DNA of 64,000 nucleotides from Bacteroidota bacterium (GTDB lineage Bacteria; Bacteroidota; Bacteroidia; Chitinophagales; Chitinophagaceae): NCBI GenBank assembly GCA_039796695.1, contig JBDKJF010000015.1, positions 1,144 to 65,143 of the forward strand, read 5' to 3'. Shown piece by piece: positions 62,964 to 64,000 of this stretch (position 1 is its first letter; each line of letters starts with the position of its first letter). The notes under the pieces were generated by a model. It saw only the letters and a program-made list of their open reading frames with translations, ran no database searches and was not told where the DNA came from. The position numbers and the translations under genes were made by a program.

Positions 62964-63989
62964 ATGCATAAATTTTTTTTAGCCTTACTAACACTTAGTT
63001 TTTTTGCTTGTAAAAACAATTCTCAACAAGAAAGTAAACCTGCTCCATTTTTTTCTGCCAAAGAAATTGTTCAGTTTAATCAATTAATTTACAAAGACAG
63101 TATGGAGGCAGCCATTTTAAAAAATGCACCAGCGTACCAACCGATATTTATACCTACACCGATAGGTGGCAATTATGCGGTAATAGTAAAAGCAAAAAAA
63201 GCGCAGCAATATGCGTTAGTTATTCGAGGTTCGGTAATGGAGTTTAGTAATGAAGGGTTTCAAAATTTTATCATACAAGACTTCAATATTTTTAAAATAA
63301 AAAAATGGCCTTATACGGACACGACAAAGGAAGCCTACATCAGTAATGGCGCATGGATTGGGTTTCAGAATTTATTACAACTAAGAGATGTACTAACAGG
63401 ATTATCCATTAAAGAATTTATAGAACAAAAAATACCCCCCAACGCTAGCTTAGTAATTACTGGCCATAGCCTGGGTGGTAACTTAGCCTATCCTCTCGCC
63501 GGATTTTTAAAAAAAATGTTAGCTACTGAAAAAAAATTAGCTATGCAGCTCATCACTTTTGGTGCGCCGGCGGCAGGTAATGCCGCTTTTGTACAAGACA
63601 TGGAAGATAAGTTTCCCGATGCAGAAAGATATGTAGCAGCAAAAGATATCGCACCCGCTTTTCCTGATACAGAAAAAATTGCCGAGTTAGCCAACATACT
63701 AGGGCTTGATAGTGTAGTTCAGCTGGGTAATTTAAATTTAAGCGGCATCAGCAAAGAGCTAAACGCAAAAAACTTATTGAACATAGCAAATGAAATTTTG
63801 GAGAAAACCAATGTGATTAATAAAACGAATAAATATGTACAAAGCCAAAAGCATTTACGGCTTTTGACTATTACTGATAGTTCTGCTAGTGTAACACCTT
63901 TTACGGTTGATGCTATCTTTAATAAAGCATACCAGTTTCACAAAGTAGATATGTATGCAGAACTATTAGGAAGCAAAAAAATTGAATGA
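62964..63989 (+). CDS. lipase family protein (class 3 / alpha-beta hydrolase) lipoprotein
   Basis: Has an MHKFFLALLTLSFFAC lipobox from the ATG at 62964 and a nucleophile elbow VITGHSLGGNLA. Confidence 0.7.
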   Translation: MHKFFLALLTLSFFACKNNSQQESKPAPFFSAKEIVQFNQLIYKDSMEAAILKNAPAYQPIFIPTPIGGNYAVIVKAKKAQQYALVIRGSVMEFSNEGFQNFIIQDFNIFKIKKWPYTDTTKEAYISNGAWIGFQNLLQLRDVLTGLSIKEFIEQKIPPNASLVITGHSLGGNLAYPLAGFLKKMLATEKKLAMQLITFGAPAAGNAAFVQDMEDKFPDAERYVAAKDIAPAFPDTEKIAELANILGLDSVVQLGNLNLSGISKELNAKNLLNIANEILEKTNVINKTNKYVQSQKHLRLLTITDSSASVTPFTVDAIFNKAYQFHKVDMYAELLGSKKIE

Positions 63990-64000
63990 TATAAGATTAC

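Noticed and set aside
1-64000. Mobile elements, prophage, defence islands, rRNA/tRNA genes
   Set aside because: I found no integrase, transposase, recombinase, phage structural, restriction-modification or cas-like signature in any listed ORF. I also found no rRNA- or tRNA-like sequence in the intergenic regions I read. Absence is based on reading by eye only.

Overview
The window looks like a chromosomal segment from a Bacteroidota genome, possibly a Chitinophagia- or Sphingobacteriia-like lineage. Four things support this: a T9SS C-terminal sorting domain, four TonB-dependent receptors (three with CarboxypepD_reg-like N-termini), TAnnTTTG -7 promoter boxes and no Shine-Dalgarno sites. It is AT-rich by eye; I did not compute GC. 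I call about 50 protein genes and found no rRNA, tRNA, CRISPR array, transposase or integrase. Housekeeping genes (ileS, serS, galE, lpxA, recQ, tsaE, ald, a PPIase and a transketolase C-terminal subunit) are interleaved with envelope and uptake loci. These loci are: (1) a umuD-like/umuC pair divergent from a 2H-phosphoesterase-like gene and a PA0069-type radical SAM gene; (2) a TBDR plus beta-helix-like lipoprotein pair divergent from a phosphate porin/DUF47/PiT cluster; (3) an ECF sigma/anti-sigma module; (4) a cytochrome c/DUF1800/DUF1501 trio; (5) a long minus-strand metal/haem-type cluster at 35.9-48.0 kb (HmuY-like, two TBDRs, DUF4920, di-haem peroxidase); (6) an AraC / small Cys-rich protein / TBDR unit; (7) a P1B-type ATPase. 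The most unusual items are these. A 1208-aa mosaic repeat protein (44392-48018) has its stop codon overlapping the start of a di-haem cytochrome c peroxidase/MauG-family gene. It carries several short reiterated peptide motifs, a 78-bp in-frame tandem array and a WGDPH motif. A roughly 31-nt palindromic element occurs once in the ald leader and once in frame inside ileS. The UmuD homologue has both catalytic-dyad residues substituted. A DksA/TraR-like protein carries a ~135-aa histone-H1-like AKP-rich N-terminal extension. A wHTH-ComF-like phosphoribosyltransferase gene has paired palindromic sites upstream. Many -7 boxes lie only 3-9 nt from start codons, which suggests leaderless mRNAs. All family calls come from motif recognition by eye, and nothing was searched against databases.
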